NCBI RefSeq assembly: GCF_009834535.1
Contig: NC_045696.1
Coordinates: 98,582,001 to 98,646,000 of the forward strand
Length of the DNA stretch: 64,000 nt
Direction of reading: 5' to 3'
DNA from: Camelus ferus
Taxonomy: Eukaryota
Positions 12,772-25,587 of this stretch are shown here, one piece after another. The translations under genes and the position numbers were made by a program. Position 1 is the stretch's first letter. Each line of letters begins with the position of its first letter. The notes beneath the pieces were generated by a model, which saw only the letters and a list, made by a program, of their open reading frames with translations, made no database searches and was not told the DNA's origin.

Positions 12772-13817
12772 CTTTCTTTTCCAGCTTTATTAAAATAATA
12801 TTGACAGAACATATGTAAGTTTAAGGTTTACAACATGATGATTTCATGCACACATATATTGTAAAATGGTTACCACAATGAGGTTGTAACATCTCCATCC
12901 TTCCCATAATTATGATTTGTTTTTTGAGGTAATGAATTTTATGATTTAGCATCTCAATAATTTTCAAATACATAATACAACATTGTTAATTATAGTCACC
13001 ATGCTGTACATTAGATCCCCAGAACTTATTCATCTTATAGTTGGAAGTTTGTCTCTTTTGACCAGCATCCCCCCATTTCCTTACCCCACCCCCTTGCAAC
13101 TATGATTTTACTTTTTTTAATATTCCGCATATAAGTGATATCATACAGTATTTTTCTTCCTCTGTTTTACCTATTTCACTTAGCACAATGCCTTCAAGTT
13201 CCATCCAAGTTTTCACAAAAGACAGGATTTTCTTCTTTTTATGGCTGAATAATATTCCATTGTTTGTATGAAATTTTATGGAATATTCCATTATGTTTTT
13301 GTGTTTTTACATTCCACATTTTCTTTATCCATTCATCTGTTGATGGAGCCTTAGGTTGTTTCCATGTCTTACCTACCGTGAATAATGCAGCAGTGAACAT
13401 AGGGGTGCAATCATTTCTCCAAGAGAGTGACTTCAGTTCCTTCAGACACCTACCCAGAAGTGGGACTGCTGGAGCATATGGTAGTTTTATTTTTAATTTT
13501 TTTGAGGAACCTCCATGATGTTTTCCATGGTTGCTGTGCAAATTTACATTCCCACCAACAGTGCACAAGCCATTCTAACAGCCGTGAGGTGGCATCTTAT
13601 TGTGTCTTTGATTTACATTTACATTTCCCTGATGATTAGTGATTTGAGGATCTTTTCATGTACCTGTTGGCCATTTATATATCTTCCTTGGAAAAATGTC
13701 TATTCAAGTCTTTGCCCACTTTTAGTCATATTTTAATCATTGATTTGTATGAGTTTAACTTCTTATCAGATAGGTGGTTTGCAAACATTTTCTTCCTTTT
13801 TGTGGGTTGCCTTTCTA
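12772..13817 (-). mobile_element. L1 (L1MA-like) ORF2 C-terminus plus 3' UTR
   Basis: ORF 13239-13568 encodes CTPMFTAALFTVGKTWKQPKAPSTDEWIKKMW; 3' end ttccagctttatt...tacaacatgatgattt. Confidence 0.92.
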
Positions 13818-14670
13818 GGTAAGTGTAAGAATGATATCTTAAAATGCCATTCTAAGTATGCCAAGTGACAAAAATAAGATGAAATATTGCCATTAACTCC
13901 ATTTTGTTAAAAAATGTATATGTATCCCTTGTGGCAGGTTATGAAGTTAATTTTCCTTTTTCTTTTTGCTATTTTCTAATGTTGCTTCAATAAACCTGTA
14001 GTATTTTTCTAAGGATAAAATGCAGTTCTCTGAATTTTTAGAATTACGCTATTGTACGAAAACTCTCATTTTCCTAATTTTATAACATGTTTCTCTTCCC
14101 ATTTGCTGACTACGACTAACATAAGTTCTAACAGGATCCTTTGGTGAGCTCTAAGCTCCACTGACATATTGGCTGGTTGCAGCTCAGTTTTGGACCTTGG
14201 CTTGCTTGTCTGCTGTCAGGCATCTTGGCTCATGACATGGTCCTGAGCATCTGGACTTTAATCTTTTTTGCTTTTTCAGGGACTTGGCTCTCAGCAATCA
14301 GAGCTTCTGCTTAAGATGTCCTCTGGCAGTGTGGGTGATCATATCTTCCAGGTGGTGTGAGAGACAGAGCCCTGGGAAAAAGGGCAATCTGTCCAGCTTG
14401 CCCCACTCACAGCTATGAGGCAAAATTTGGTCCCAGACAGTCTCCAGAAATGGGATCCCATGTAACAGTGTAAAAAGAATACTCAGGGGTATGGAAATCC
14501 AGGCCTAAACACACCTTGTGACATCATATCAAGTGATGTGGATCCACTTGGGGAAGAAGGGGGTCGCTGTCCCAGCTGTCCCAGCTTCTTGGTTCTACTG
14601 TTGATATACTCTTCCCATTTAGGCAGTATTCCTCTGTAGAAATAAGAAAAACAACTAGTGTAGAAATAAT

Positions 14671-15092
14671 AAAAACACAAATTCAAAAAGATACATGCAC
14701 CCCAATGTTCACAGCAGCATTATTTACAATTGCCAAGATATGGAAGCAACCTAAGTGTCCAACAACAGATGAATGGATAAAGAAGATGAATGGATAAAGA
14801 AGATATATATATTATATATATATATAATGGAATACTTGTTAGCCATAACAAAGAATGAAATCTTGCCATTTGCAACAACATGGATAGACTTGGAGGGTAT
14901 TATGCTAAGTGAAATAAATCAGACAGAGACAGATAAGTACTGTATGACATCACTTACATGTGGAATCTAAAAAATAAAACAAACTAGTGTATATAACAAA
15001 AAGGAAACAAAAAGGAAAGGGACGAGGGGAGGGGCAATATACTGGGGTAGGGGATTAAGAGGTACAAACTATTATGTATAAAATAAGCTACC
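14671..15092 (+). mobile_element. L1 3' fragment (cetartiodactyl-type)
   Basis: gatacatgcaccccaatgttcacagcagc; ORF 14773-14970 NEILPFATTWIDLEGIMLSEINQTETDKY; internal 17-bp tandem duplication agatgaatggataaaga. Confidence 0.92.
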
Positions 15093-15552
15093 CACATACA
15101 TTTTCTTTCCTTTTCAATTCATTCTACTTGAGGAAGTTTTGTATGGGAAAAGAGAAAGGATATTTGAAAAGAATAGAGGAACTCATGAGAAAGTGCACAA
15201 AACTGTACTCTAATTTTTACATTCCTAAATCAGTATTTGGCCACAAATATTAACTCAATATTGTAGCTATATATATACTTTTTTGCTTGATATGGTTTAT
15301 TCTTTAACACCACCAGTATCCCTAATTCACTGACTCTACCTTTTCACTATCACCCTTTTATGAACCTTGAATTCTGTAGTCTACGATTATGAACATTTTT
15401 TTTCCTGGACTCTCTTGCTAATATCTTTCAAGCAGTATCTGCCCAACTCTAGTTATATCCAATTATTAAACTACTTAGTGCTTGTATCTACAGACATGAA
15501 CTTCGCTAGAGGAAAACACATAACATCACTGACCATCTTACATTAAATTCTT

Positions 15553-15770
15553 TTTTTCTTTAATTGAAGTACAGTCAGTTAACAATGTGTCAATTTCGGG
15601 TGTACAGCACAATGTCCCAGTCATACATATATATACATATATTCGTTTTCATACTCTTTTTCATTAAAGGCTATTATAAGATATTGAATATAGTTCCTTG
15701 TGCTATACAGAATAAAATTTTTATCTGTTTTTATATATAGTGGCTAACATTTGCAGATCTCAAACTCCCC
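15553..15770 (-). mobile_element. Young 5'-truncated L1 3' end (camelid-type)
   Basis: Perfect 14-bp TSD tacattaaattctt (15539-15552 / 15771-15784); T-tract then ttaattgaagtacagtcagtt. Confidence 0.92.
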
Positions 15771-16339
15771 TACATTAAATTCTTGGCTGCTCACCTCAAG
15801 TGATACCTGAGGGCTTGCTGCCTGACAGACAGTCCTATTAGACGTTTCCTTAGACAGCTCATTTTCCATTGCCCCTTAGATAATGATTTCACACCTTTCC
15901 TTTCTCTTCAAACCTTCAACACTTCCTACTTCTCTACAATACCAGACAATGACTTATTTCTTATTCGACTGAGAAAATAGAGGCATTCAAGAAGACCTAT
16001 CCGCTGCCATCATTTTGTTTGCTAAATGTCCAGCATCTCTATCCATGAACACCTTCTCTCTTGTTATACGTTTAAACTACTAGTTCTTTTATCTGAAGCC
16101 AACTCCTGCTTGTGTTTCCCTCTTACCTACTCAACGATGTCGCTTCCACATTGTTCCTCCTCTCTCCTTAGTCATCCATGTTTCCCTCACTACAGGATAA
16201 TTTCCCTCAGCTGGCAAACATGTGGCACTATCTCCCCTTGAACTCTCATCTCTCCCCAGCCATTGCCCTGTTTCTCTGTCCCTCTCCACTGCAACACTTC
16301 TTGGAAAGATTATCTAAATCCTATGTCCTAAATCTGCTA

Positions 16340-16822
16340 TTTTTTTTTCAAAATTATTTTGTTGTGAAATAAGCACACATGTAGAAAATATCATAGAGGT
16401 GAATAATGAATATGAATACTTAGAACCATTCCTATAATCATCACCTAAGTTAAGAAATAGAACATTGTCAGCATCCCAGTAACCCCCACGTCACATTTCT
16501 TTTCCTCCTCTCAAGAAGGAACCACTAACTTGACTTTTATGATCATCATTTTCTTGCTTTTGATTATAATTTTATCGTTTGACTACCAGTGTAGGCATCC
16601 ATAAATAGTATTGCTTTGTTCTACTTGGTTTTGAACATTTAATACATGAAATCATGTGGTACATACCCTGTGTCTTGCTTTTTTTACTCAATATTATGTT
16701 TATCAGGTTCATCTAAGTTCCTGTTTGTACCTTTGTTCGTTTGCACTTCTGATGATATCTTCCTGTATGACTGTTCTCTGGTTTATTTATTCTACTGTGT
16801 ATGTAACTGTGGTTGACTGTCT
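16340..16822 (-). mobile_element. L1ME-like 3' UTR fragment nested in L2
   Basis: aagaaatagaacatt...cagcatcccag, accactaacttgactttt, tcttgcttttttactcaatattatg. Confidence 0.75.
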
Positions 16823-17444
16823 CTCTTTATGCCACTGCATCCGTCTGGCTTTGGTCTTCATTATGGCCCCAAACTGCTCTGTTAAAGGTCTTTAGGATAC
16901 AAAAAACCAGTGGTCAGTTTTCATCCTTATTTTACTGGCTTTTACTAGCATCATTTGACACAATTTATCAACCTCCTTCTTAGAACAGTTTCTTGTCCTG
17001 GCTTTTGGGATATCACTCTCAAATTTTCTCCTGCCCTTATTGCTGCTCCTTCTCAGTGCCCTGTGCTGGCTCCTCCGCATATTCTAAATCTTGAAGTGTT
17101 GGAGTGCCCCAGGAATCAGTCCTTGGACTTCTTTCCCTTCTGTTTATACACTCTTGCTTAGGTAATCTCATGCAGAGTCTATGGCTCTGAGTATCATCTA
17201 TATGATTTCTCCCAAATTTGTTTCTCCAGCCTGGGCTTCTCATCTGGATGTCTGACTCTGCTTATGGAGTGACTCCACTATAGAAACGTAAACGCCTCAG
17301 ATTAAACTGTGCGTTCTCTTGCCCCCCTCAGTCCTGCTCCCTTGCCATACTTTCTCAATCCAGGAAATGGTACCTACACTCTCTTAAATGCTTAGACAAC
17401 ATCCCTGATGGTGTCACCCTCAACTTTTTTTCTTACTCATGTTA

Positions 17445-17791
17445 CAGTGTAATTTTCCAACGTAAAAAAGCATGGTGCTTTCATGCAAGTGTAAAATGAA
17501 CATATATCAAAGGCATATCAATGGAGAAACCAGTAAGATGTATATAAGCACACTAAGAAATATTAGGAAAAGATTGCTGGGTTAGATATCAAACTGATTA
17601 ATATCCCACAGAAAAATAAACTATAAATGTTTGGGGTTATCCTTCCTACTAAACAGGAATTATTTGCATCTATTAGAGGACAGAAGTCTACGAGTTAACA
17701 TGGAATTTCATTAAGGATGAGATCTTTAATCCAAACAAAGCACATACATCTAGATAACATTTAGGTGGCCCCTTGCCTCCGTAAGACACTG
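17445..17791. mobile_element. Putative non-autonomous hAT DNA transposon (Tip100/MER97-like) nested in L2
   Basis: Termini CAGTGT...ACACTG are inverted repeats; the AT-rich body interrupts L2 composition; no TSD recovered. Confidence 0.5.
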
Positions 17792-18975
17792 AAATCATTC
17801 ACCACTCACTTTTTGCCTATTTCCAAGCTTTGCATAATTTTTCTTAATACCTGACATATACTCCATCAATAAATTTTGTTGGTTCTAGCATAAAAATGTT
17901 TTCAGGATTCAGACACTTCTTACCACTTTCTTAGCTACCATCCTGGTCCCGGTCGTCATCATCTTGTTGCCTAGATTTTTGCAATTGCTCCCTAGTTGGT
18001 CTCTCTGCTTCTGCCCCTGCCATTTTACATTTTTTTCTCTCCATGTCAAATACAGAGTGATCCTGATCAGTTGAAAACACACCAATTATTTCCCATCTCA
18101 CTCAGAATAAAATTCAAAGTCTTTCCCTTGGTCTACAAGACATGATGCTCCTTTTTCTGGCTAATTCCCTGGTTTTCTCGCCTCCATTCTACCAGAGCCT
18201 CCTGACTCATTCTCTAGAAGGCACCTCTCCTGCCTTAGGGATGTTCTTATTTTGAAAGCTCTTTTTCTGAGCTCTCTGTGTGATTCTCTCCTTCATTTCA
18301 TTCAGGTTTCTCCCAAGTGTTGTAGGAAAAACTTTCTGTGACTTCTGTGTAACGCACTCACACTCCCTGATTTATTTCTCTTTGTAGCACTTTACTTCGC
18401 TAACATAATCTAAATTATATTTGTCCCCAGTTTCTCCCTCCTAAACCATAAATTCTATGGGAGCAGCTACTATGTTTTGTTAACTGTTGTAAACCCAATA
18501 CATGATAGGTCTTAATCAATACCTGTTGAATCAATGAATGAATAAATATGTGACTTCTTCCTTGGAAATGGTCTCATGGAGAGGCTTTCATGCTTTCAGT
18601 CACTAAACCTACTGATTACCTTATTTCACCTTAAGGTACTGATTACCTTATCCCGTTCTGTGATTACACATAAACCCATTTTTGCAAGCATGTGCCCCTG
18701 AATCATAATTATAAACGCCATCTCTTCCCAAAGAAGTCATCTCAAAATAGCCATAGCTTTTTATTTTGCTGTAACTCTTAGACTAGGCATTAAAATCTGG
18801 AAAGAAGTAAAAATTATAGTGCATAAGAAGCAGGAGAGATTGACTTTTCCGAAGACTCCTCAGTACCAGCCAAGGGCTCATTAGTCCAGCTGGCAGTAGC
18901 TCAATCTGCACCTAAGGACGTTCCGAGCCCCTTGCTGATGAGCTTCTGTTTCCTCTTCTGCTATATAACTTAGGC

Positions 18976-19130
18976 CAGTGGTCCTCAAAGTGTAGTCCCC
19001 GCGCCATTATCAACGGGGACCCTGTTAGAAATGCAAATGTTCAGCCTCAACCCAGACTCACCGGCTCTTCCATCTGTGTTTTAACAAGTCTCCCCGTGAT
19101 TCTGATGCTTACTTATGCCTAAAGCCACTG
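18976..19130. mobile_element. MER5A hAT-Charlie MITE
   Basis: cagtggtcctcaaagtg...tgttagaaatgcaaat...ttttaacaag...gtgattctgatgc...ccactg; 8-bp TSD acttaggc/ccttaggc (7/8). Confidence 0.92.
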
Positions 19131-19149
19131 CCTTAGGCAGTTGGCCTCT

Positions 19150-19440
19150 GTACCTTAGAGACAGCGGTCACGTTTACTGGCTTGAGTCAACTGCCTCAAA
19201 TCAAACCTTGGTTTTGCTGCTTCCTAGCTGTGTGGCTGAAACTTAGTTACTTAACTTCTCTGTGTCTCATTTTCCTTATGCGTGAATTGGAGATATTAAT
19301 AGTACTAACCTTGGAAGTATATAATGAAGATTAAATTGATCAATATACCCAAATATACCCAAAGATTAAACTGATTAATATACTTAACAAATTTAGTACA
19401 ACGCATGACACATGATAAGAACCAACAACAAAGTGGGTAA
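19150..19440 (+). mobile_element. MIR SINE with internal tandem duplication
   Basis: ctagctgtgtg...agttacttaacttctctgtgtctcattttcct; segment aagattaaa(t/c)tgat(c/t)aatatac duplicated at ~19327-19383. Confidence 0.85.
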
Positions 19441-20679
19441 GCATATTGGCACTATTTACATAAATTATCTATATTATTGAATTCTTTTGGTTATATTTTC
19501 TCTATTGGCTTACAAATTCTTTGAGGACAAAATTATATTTTATATTTCTATATGCCCATAAGACTAAACATATCATTATTAATATTATAGTCTTTAACTG
19601 AATGCTTACTATATGCCATGTGCTAAAAGCTGTAATTTCATTTAATCCTTGACATTCTATTAATTAGATGCTGTTACTGTTTTATAATAAATATCTTTAA
19701 CTAGTTGTTTGAAGTACTCTGCTGATGACTCAACTGAATGAGAAGTCTGCATTAATTTGTCCACTGTGATTATTTTTGCATTATTTTGGAAATGTCTTAA
19801 ATATCATATCTGGTCATGAGTCTTAACCATTTACTTATATACAGAAACACGTCACACAAATTGTAGATCTTTTGTAGCCTAACTGTTTGAATTGTATAGT
19901 ATTTCTGTGCACCCACATATTTATATACCTCATTAGTCTGTTGTAAAGAGCACAAAAATTGTTAATGTTAAGTCAAATTGTCTGTAAATGACTTAAGGAA
20001 TATGTTAATGATCTTGCTCCAAATGAATAATTATAAAGCAGGTGCACTTGAGATATGATCATTTAACTGACAGCACACAGCTTCTAATGGCTTCAATAAC
20101 CAAGATAATGGTAATATCAGAGTCTGTTAAGCTCATCGTTCATACCACCCATTTAATACACAAGAGGACTTCAGCTGGAATCTCCCTGTAGATTCATTGT
20201 CCTGCTTATTTAAATAGCTGTTAATTTAAACACACACACAGAAGTCAAACTCCTTTATTTCTAACACACCTCTTTCTAATAAGCTATATTCTCCTGTAAT
20301 AAAACCCTACCTGAAAGAACCCTACCACTTTGGTATATTTATATAGGCATTGTCTTTTGCTGTTGAGATTTACCCCTCAAATCTACGATATCGTTAGTGG
20401 TTGAAGACGCAGGAAATGCAAGACCAGAAGTACAGATCTTTGACCAAGGCCCTGAGAGGTGCCTTTCATCATGTCCCTCGGGTTCCAAAAGGAAAAGAAG
20501 CTAGTGGATATAAGCAAAATTGACAAATTTTGATTCTCCGTGTTTAGGACCCTTAGTTGAGATGAACATGTCTCGCATCTCTAAAAACAAACTAAATCTT
20601 AAAACAATGGTTACAAACATAAATGTATGAAAAAAAATTGATGTTGGTTTCTAGCTCATTCCATCTGAACTTCAAACTT

Positions 20680-21170
20680 CTTTTCTCAGCAGGACCCTGG
20701 CAGCAAATGAGAGGGATCAAACTCCAACTAGCTTAAGCAGAAAAGGGAATTGACTGACTCAAATATCTGAAGAGTGTAGGGTGAGAGCTGATCATCAGCC
20801 ATAGCTAGATTCAGGGGCTCAACTCTTCCTGTGGCCGCCTGCTTCTCTCCCAGGCAGACTTCCATAGACTCGGCAGGATGGCCACAGTGCACCCACCAGG
20901 CACCCGGAAGCCCCACGTCAAACAAGGGTAACAACTTAGCTGAAAAATGCTTTCCTCCCTGTTTGATCTGGCAGAGAATTCCCAGTGGAGACTCTGATTG
21001 GTCTAAACTGGTTGTGTGCCTGCCTATCTCTGTGCACAAGTGCAGGGAAATGGGACAATCTCTTTTGAACCTAAACATGGAATCAGTACTCCGCATTAAA
21101 AGCAGCGTTTTGTTTACCAAAATAAGTGAAAAATGTTGCTAGACACCTCATAACAATAGATTCCCTCACA
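20680..21170 (-). mobile_element. MaLR LTR (MLT1J-like)
   Basis: caactagcttaagcagaaaaggg, gctagattcaggggctcaa, ctctgattggtctaaactgg; explains ORFs 20728-21120 and 20831-21142. Confidence 0.7.
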
Positions 21171-21759
21171 TTTCACTGCGGACTGTCCAGCATAGATGCA
21201 CATCCACCCTTTTTCTTACATATATACTTTTAAAAACATAATACATAGCAACTACCATATAGACTCTGAAATATATACACCCTTCTCTGGTGTTCAAGTT
21301 CTGCATCTTTTTTCAAGTTGAAGAATCTCTAGTTTATCTGCATTTGTTCTCTGGTCAGGACATGGCTCCTTATGGTATGGTCAACCCTGGCTGATGGTCA
21401 GTCCCTCACTTGAGAGTCTGTCACTGTAACACAACAGTAATGACACCAGGATTCCTAACTTCAACTGACAAGTCCAGTCCAAGAGTGTGCTGTCTCCGTC
21501 CTCAAAGAGTGTTATCACAGCTCCATCCCTTTGACAGACTCTTCTCGTATGGGGGGCTGTTGATACCCCAAATATCACACTCTAATAGCTTTCCAACCCC
21601 AGTGGAGAGGAGTTGAGGATTAAATGAGATTATGCATATGAGGAGCTGATCACAATGTCCAGCATATAGAAAGTGCTCAATAAATGATGACTTTTTATAT
21701 TGCAGCTCATTACTATTCTATCACCATCATTATCATCATTCCCTGATAGCTTCTGGTAG

Positions 21760-21945
21760 TTAAGTCTTGGGATTGGCTGGACCTAGGTCATGTGATCACT
21801 CTTGTGGTAGGAGGGAAGAAAGATGGAATCACACTCGCTCTCAGTCAAACCAAGAGTAGAGGTTGCCCCAGGATAAATGGGCTCTATTTCCAGAAGAAGG
21901 AATAAGGGAACTCAGGCAAGCAAGAACAACATATATGCACTGCAG
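21760..21945 (-). mobile_element. MaLR LTR fragment (MLT1-like)
   Basis: gattggctggacctaggtcatgtg...ccagaagaagg...aggcaagcaagaacaac. Confidence 0.6.
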
Positions 21946-24900
21946 TTCTCTTACCAACTACCTGGCCCACTCCTCGAATGAATGAATGAATGAATGAATT
22001 TATTGCTAAATATCCTTAGGCTTATGCAAATTTGTAAAACTTTTCTGATGTCAAAGTTTGAAGCTCTGGATAACTGACCTCAGTTAGGTTATTTTAAGAC
22101 ATGACTGTCTGGGGATATTAGTGACATTGGTAATATTATAAAATAATTAGATTGAGAGATTTGGTAGGATTAAAGTGTGTGTTTCCAAGTTTGCAAGCTT
22201 CCACTAAACTGTATATCAAAGTATTGTTATTTAAAAGCTGAGTTAGAAGTCACTTTTAGAAAGAGGCAGTGGTTTAACTTATTTACAATGCAGTACTGCT
22301 TTTACAAGTCAAATGAATATAGGTAATATCATATGTATATATATTCTACTGCCTGTTTCCATTGTTTTCTTCTGAGTTACTTAAACTACGATAAATACAA
22401 GAAAGAGGGAAAAAAACAGCAGTATTGTGAAGATATCTGCTCTAAGCATAATAAAACAGGTGTACCTTAATAGGTCTACCTGGAATGTTTTAGCTGTTAG
22501 CATCTTTTAAATGCTTCTGCTGAGAAACCATGTTTTCATAACAAGGTTGGTGAGTATTAAACCTGTGATAGTTCTTTCTGGGATTACTATAATTTACAAA
22601 AACAATAAAAACCTGCTAAAAACACTTACGTATTTTTAAATGTTGTAATCTAGGGATCCCACTGATATTTGTGGTGAAAGATTTGCCCAAGGCTACATAA
22701 CCCTGCTTGTACATTGCCAGGACTGCAATCTGTTTTATGACAAAACAGATTCATTTATCTCCAAATAAATAAATTACTTTTGTGAACATTTAGAAACATT
22801 TGCATAATTAGGCTGTAAGATCTTAGCAGTCTTTTTCATAATAATTAAACTAATCTAATCTTGGACAGGGTAAACAGACTTACTAGGATGAGAGCAGCCT
22901 TCGGGCAAGGAACTTACCCCGTTCTGCAGGAACTGTAAGGCTGATGATGTTTGTTAATTACGCAGAACTGTGCTCCCCAGTAATAGCAGCGTTTGTATTG
23001 CCTGAAGGTTAGATAGCTACTCCCAGGCACATAAAATTAGACTCTGCTTTTTTTGACATTCTCTTAAAAAAAAAAAAAGAGGATGCTTCAAAATGATTAT
23101 ATGCTTTCAACAAGGAGGACGTTAGCTTTCCACTGATGGATCCTGGATCTGCATACAATTGGCCCATTCTTCGGTCATGTGATCTTGATCATCTTTAGAT
23201 CTGGAGTCTTTCAGACTGTACACAGATACACAGAGCTGAGGCTGAATAAAAGAGGAGCGAAATGAATGACTACATTTCAGTCCTCAGAACTTCCTGGAAT
23301 CCCGAGTTTGCAAAAAAGGCACTTTAGCAAATAACTCGTTTTAAACTCAGGGTCATTTTATTTATAATTATCAAAAAGGAACACTGTAAATATACATGTA
23401 TATGTATATGTAACAAACAAAAAGGAATGTTCTGCAGAATTTTAGTTCTTTTACAAACCATCTGACAGGTTGACTCATGTAGTGGTTTTAATAATAACTA
23501 CGTTGGAGGGAACCACTGTCTGTCTTACTGGTTACAACTAGTATACGTACCTTAAAAACATAAAACTTAAAAATGAACTGTCAAACAGATGCAAGATGAT
23601 TTCTCCATATTAACTGAGAAAATTTTCAATACTTCAAAATTTGTAATACTTGTTATATCTTCCATTGCAAACAAAAAGTACTTCTGCACAAGTTTTTCAA
23701 AAGAAATCTAAATAACTGATATTTCCAAAACCAAGTGCTAAGAACATTAGTGAACTGAGAATTTATAAGTAGAATAAATGTTCATTGGGGCCACAGGTGC
23801 ACAGTAATATGTAATGCATTTTATCTTGTTCATATGAAATGTTATTATAAAAGTAGCTGCAATAACACTAGTCATCAGAAAAGTGATGGTGTTATCTGTC
23901 CTTTACATGTTGTCTCTCATTTTTGTCTATAAATTATTCATTTATGCACATTATGTTTTATTTTCACTTGTATTTAGATTGGCTCTAAGAATGATTACTT
24001 ATTCTTGAAATGTTCAAACCTCACAGTACATTTAAGACATCACAAGCCCCTGTCTCCATGGGAGGAGATTTGTGATGTCACAAATATGGGGCACGTGAGA
24101 TTGACAATTAGGAACTAGAAATCAAGGATGAAAAAAAAATGCCATGTAAATTCCAATGTCTGGCGAGGACAGTTTTGAAAGATAAGGCAACAGTTTACCA
24201 GTATTTCTCAAAGAAGCTTTTCTACAATGGAAGTGGAAGCAATGCTTTCTGCTCAGTCTTTTATAAATTACATTTTTGATAACCCAGAAGTTTGTTAAAT
24301 ATTTATTAAAATTTTTGATTATACTCATACATTCAGCCATGAAACATGGCTTTAACTCAGAAAGTTTTCGTTTTCCCTTTGCCACTTTTAGAGTTTCCCT
24401 TTTGCTACTTGTAGAAATCACAGACATCAGAGTACATGACCTGTATTCTTTTTCTTTTAATTAAATGAGTGGTATATAAAGTAAGATTAAAATTGCAACT
24501 AACCTTTTTCTAATAATTTTATTTTCTACCTACAATGGCAGTTTTGTTGTCTGCTTAAAAATACTGATTTTCTACTTTGTTTTAACAGCAGTGGTAGATG
24601 CTCTTTATTTAAAAAAAATTTTTTTTTTCAGAAGTTAAGGTAACTGAGGCCTAGAGAAATTAGTTTGCCTGCCTTTGTTACAGAGGAGGACTGGGAATGG
24701 GATCAGATCAACTTAACTCCAGAGCCTACGTGCCCCGTGTCACTGTCCTCCTCATTGCAGAGGGTCTCTTAGCCATTTTCTTCTGAATTGTTTTTCAACC
24801 TAATAGTTGGTTAAAATAAAAATGTCTTCAAACTGTCATTAATCTTACACTCCTATTACTAACATTTTTTTTTGGCAGGGTAATACATCCCTAACATATA

Positions 24901-25087
24901 TATGTATATTTATTTTTAAATTAGGTGCATGCACTACTGTCACTAAATATAGTTAATAATATACCTAAGAATTTGAATTTTAAGAATCCTTTGAACAAAA
25001 TCAGACACACAGAATGAATCCAATAACCCTTTTGCCCTCGCTCTTCCCATCCCCCAAATAAGGAACTTACATATCTGAGCTGCTGAG

Positions 25088-25587
25088 TGTTGGGGGGACA
25101 GCTCTCCATAGGTCTCCTGTGTTTTGCACATTGTATGAGCAGAGGCACTAACTATCTTTTGACCTGGATTATCTTTTCAAGGCTATTTGTGTAGTGAATC
25201 CCCTTCGAAGACAGAGAGAGTGTTTCTGGGACAGAGGCAGGTTTGTTGCTGTCCAGTATAATAAACATAATGGCTGCCTCCAGGCCAGAGGTTGGGCAGT
25301 TTTGCTTATGGTCCATTATAAAAGACTGGGCTCCCTCAGCTGTGATACCAACCCACTGAATATGTAGCCTTTCTCTGGGCTGCTCGGCATCGCCCCTGTG
25401 GGAGAGACGGGGAACCGATGCAAACAGGAAGCTCCGGCTGCCTTGCCTGCTGCACCTTAAGTGACAAAGTCCTTCCTCTCTGAGCTGAGAGTCTCAAGTC
25501 TACCGCCAGCATCTGCGAAACTCTGGCAGGCCAACTTTTTACACTGCAAGTAGAATAAAAATCTCAGACTCTTCACTGTTTCTGACA
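25088..25587 (+). mobile_element. ERVL-class solo LTR (MER76/MER77-like)
   Basis: TG...CA termini, TATA-like cattataaaag near 25315, end aaaatctcagactcttcactgtttctgaca. Confidence 0.75.

Larger units (their letters stand above)
15200..18548 (+). mobile_element. Long fragmented L2 LINE hosting three nested insertions
   Basis: L2 ORF motifs (actgagaaaatagaggc, gcatcatttgacaca, tcttgtcctggctt) and 3' tail ctgttgaatcaatgaatgaataa. Confidence 0.8.

Noticed and set aside
14280..14351. Exon after the strong acceptor tcttttttgctttttcag
   Set aside because: Only weak donors follow and no recognisable reading frame; insufficient support
13100..14970. ORFs with real protein similarity (also 42766-43257)
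   Set aside because: Decayed L1 ORF2 C-terminal fragments, not host genes
24068..24085. Short inverted repeat atttgtga-tg-tcacaaat (also palindrome aaaagcatgctttt at 44528-44541)
   Set aside because: Palindromes of this length are expected by chance in 64 kb of AT-rich DNA
24122..24427. 101-aa minus-strand ORF in unique DNA
   Set aside because: AT-driven composition, no recognisable domain, no supporting exon structure
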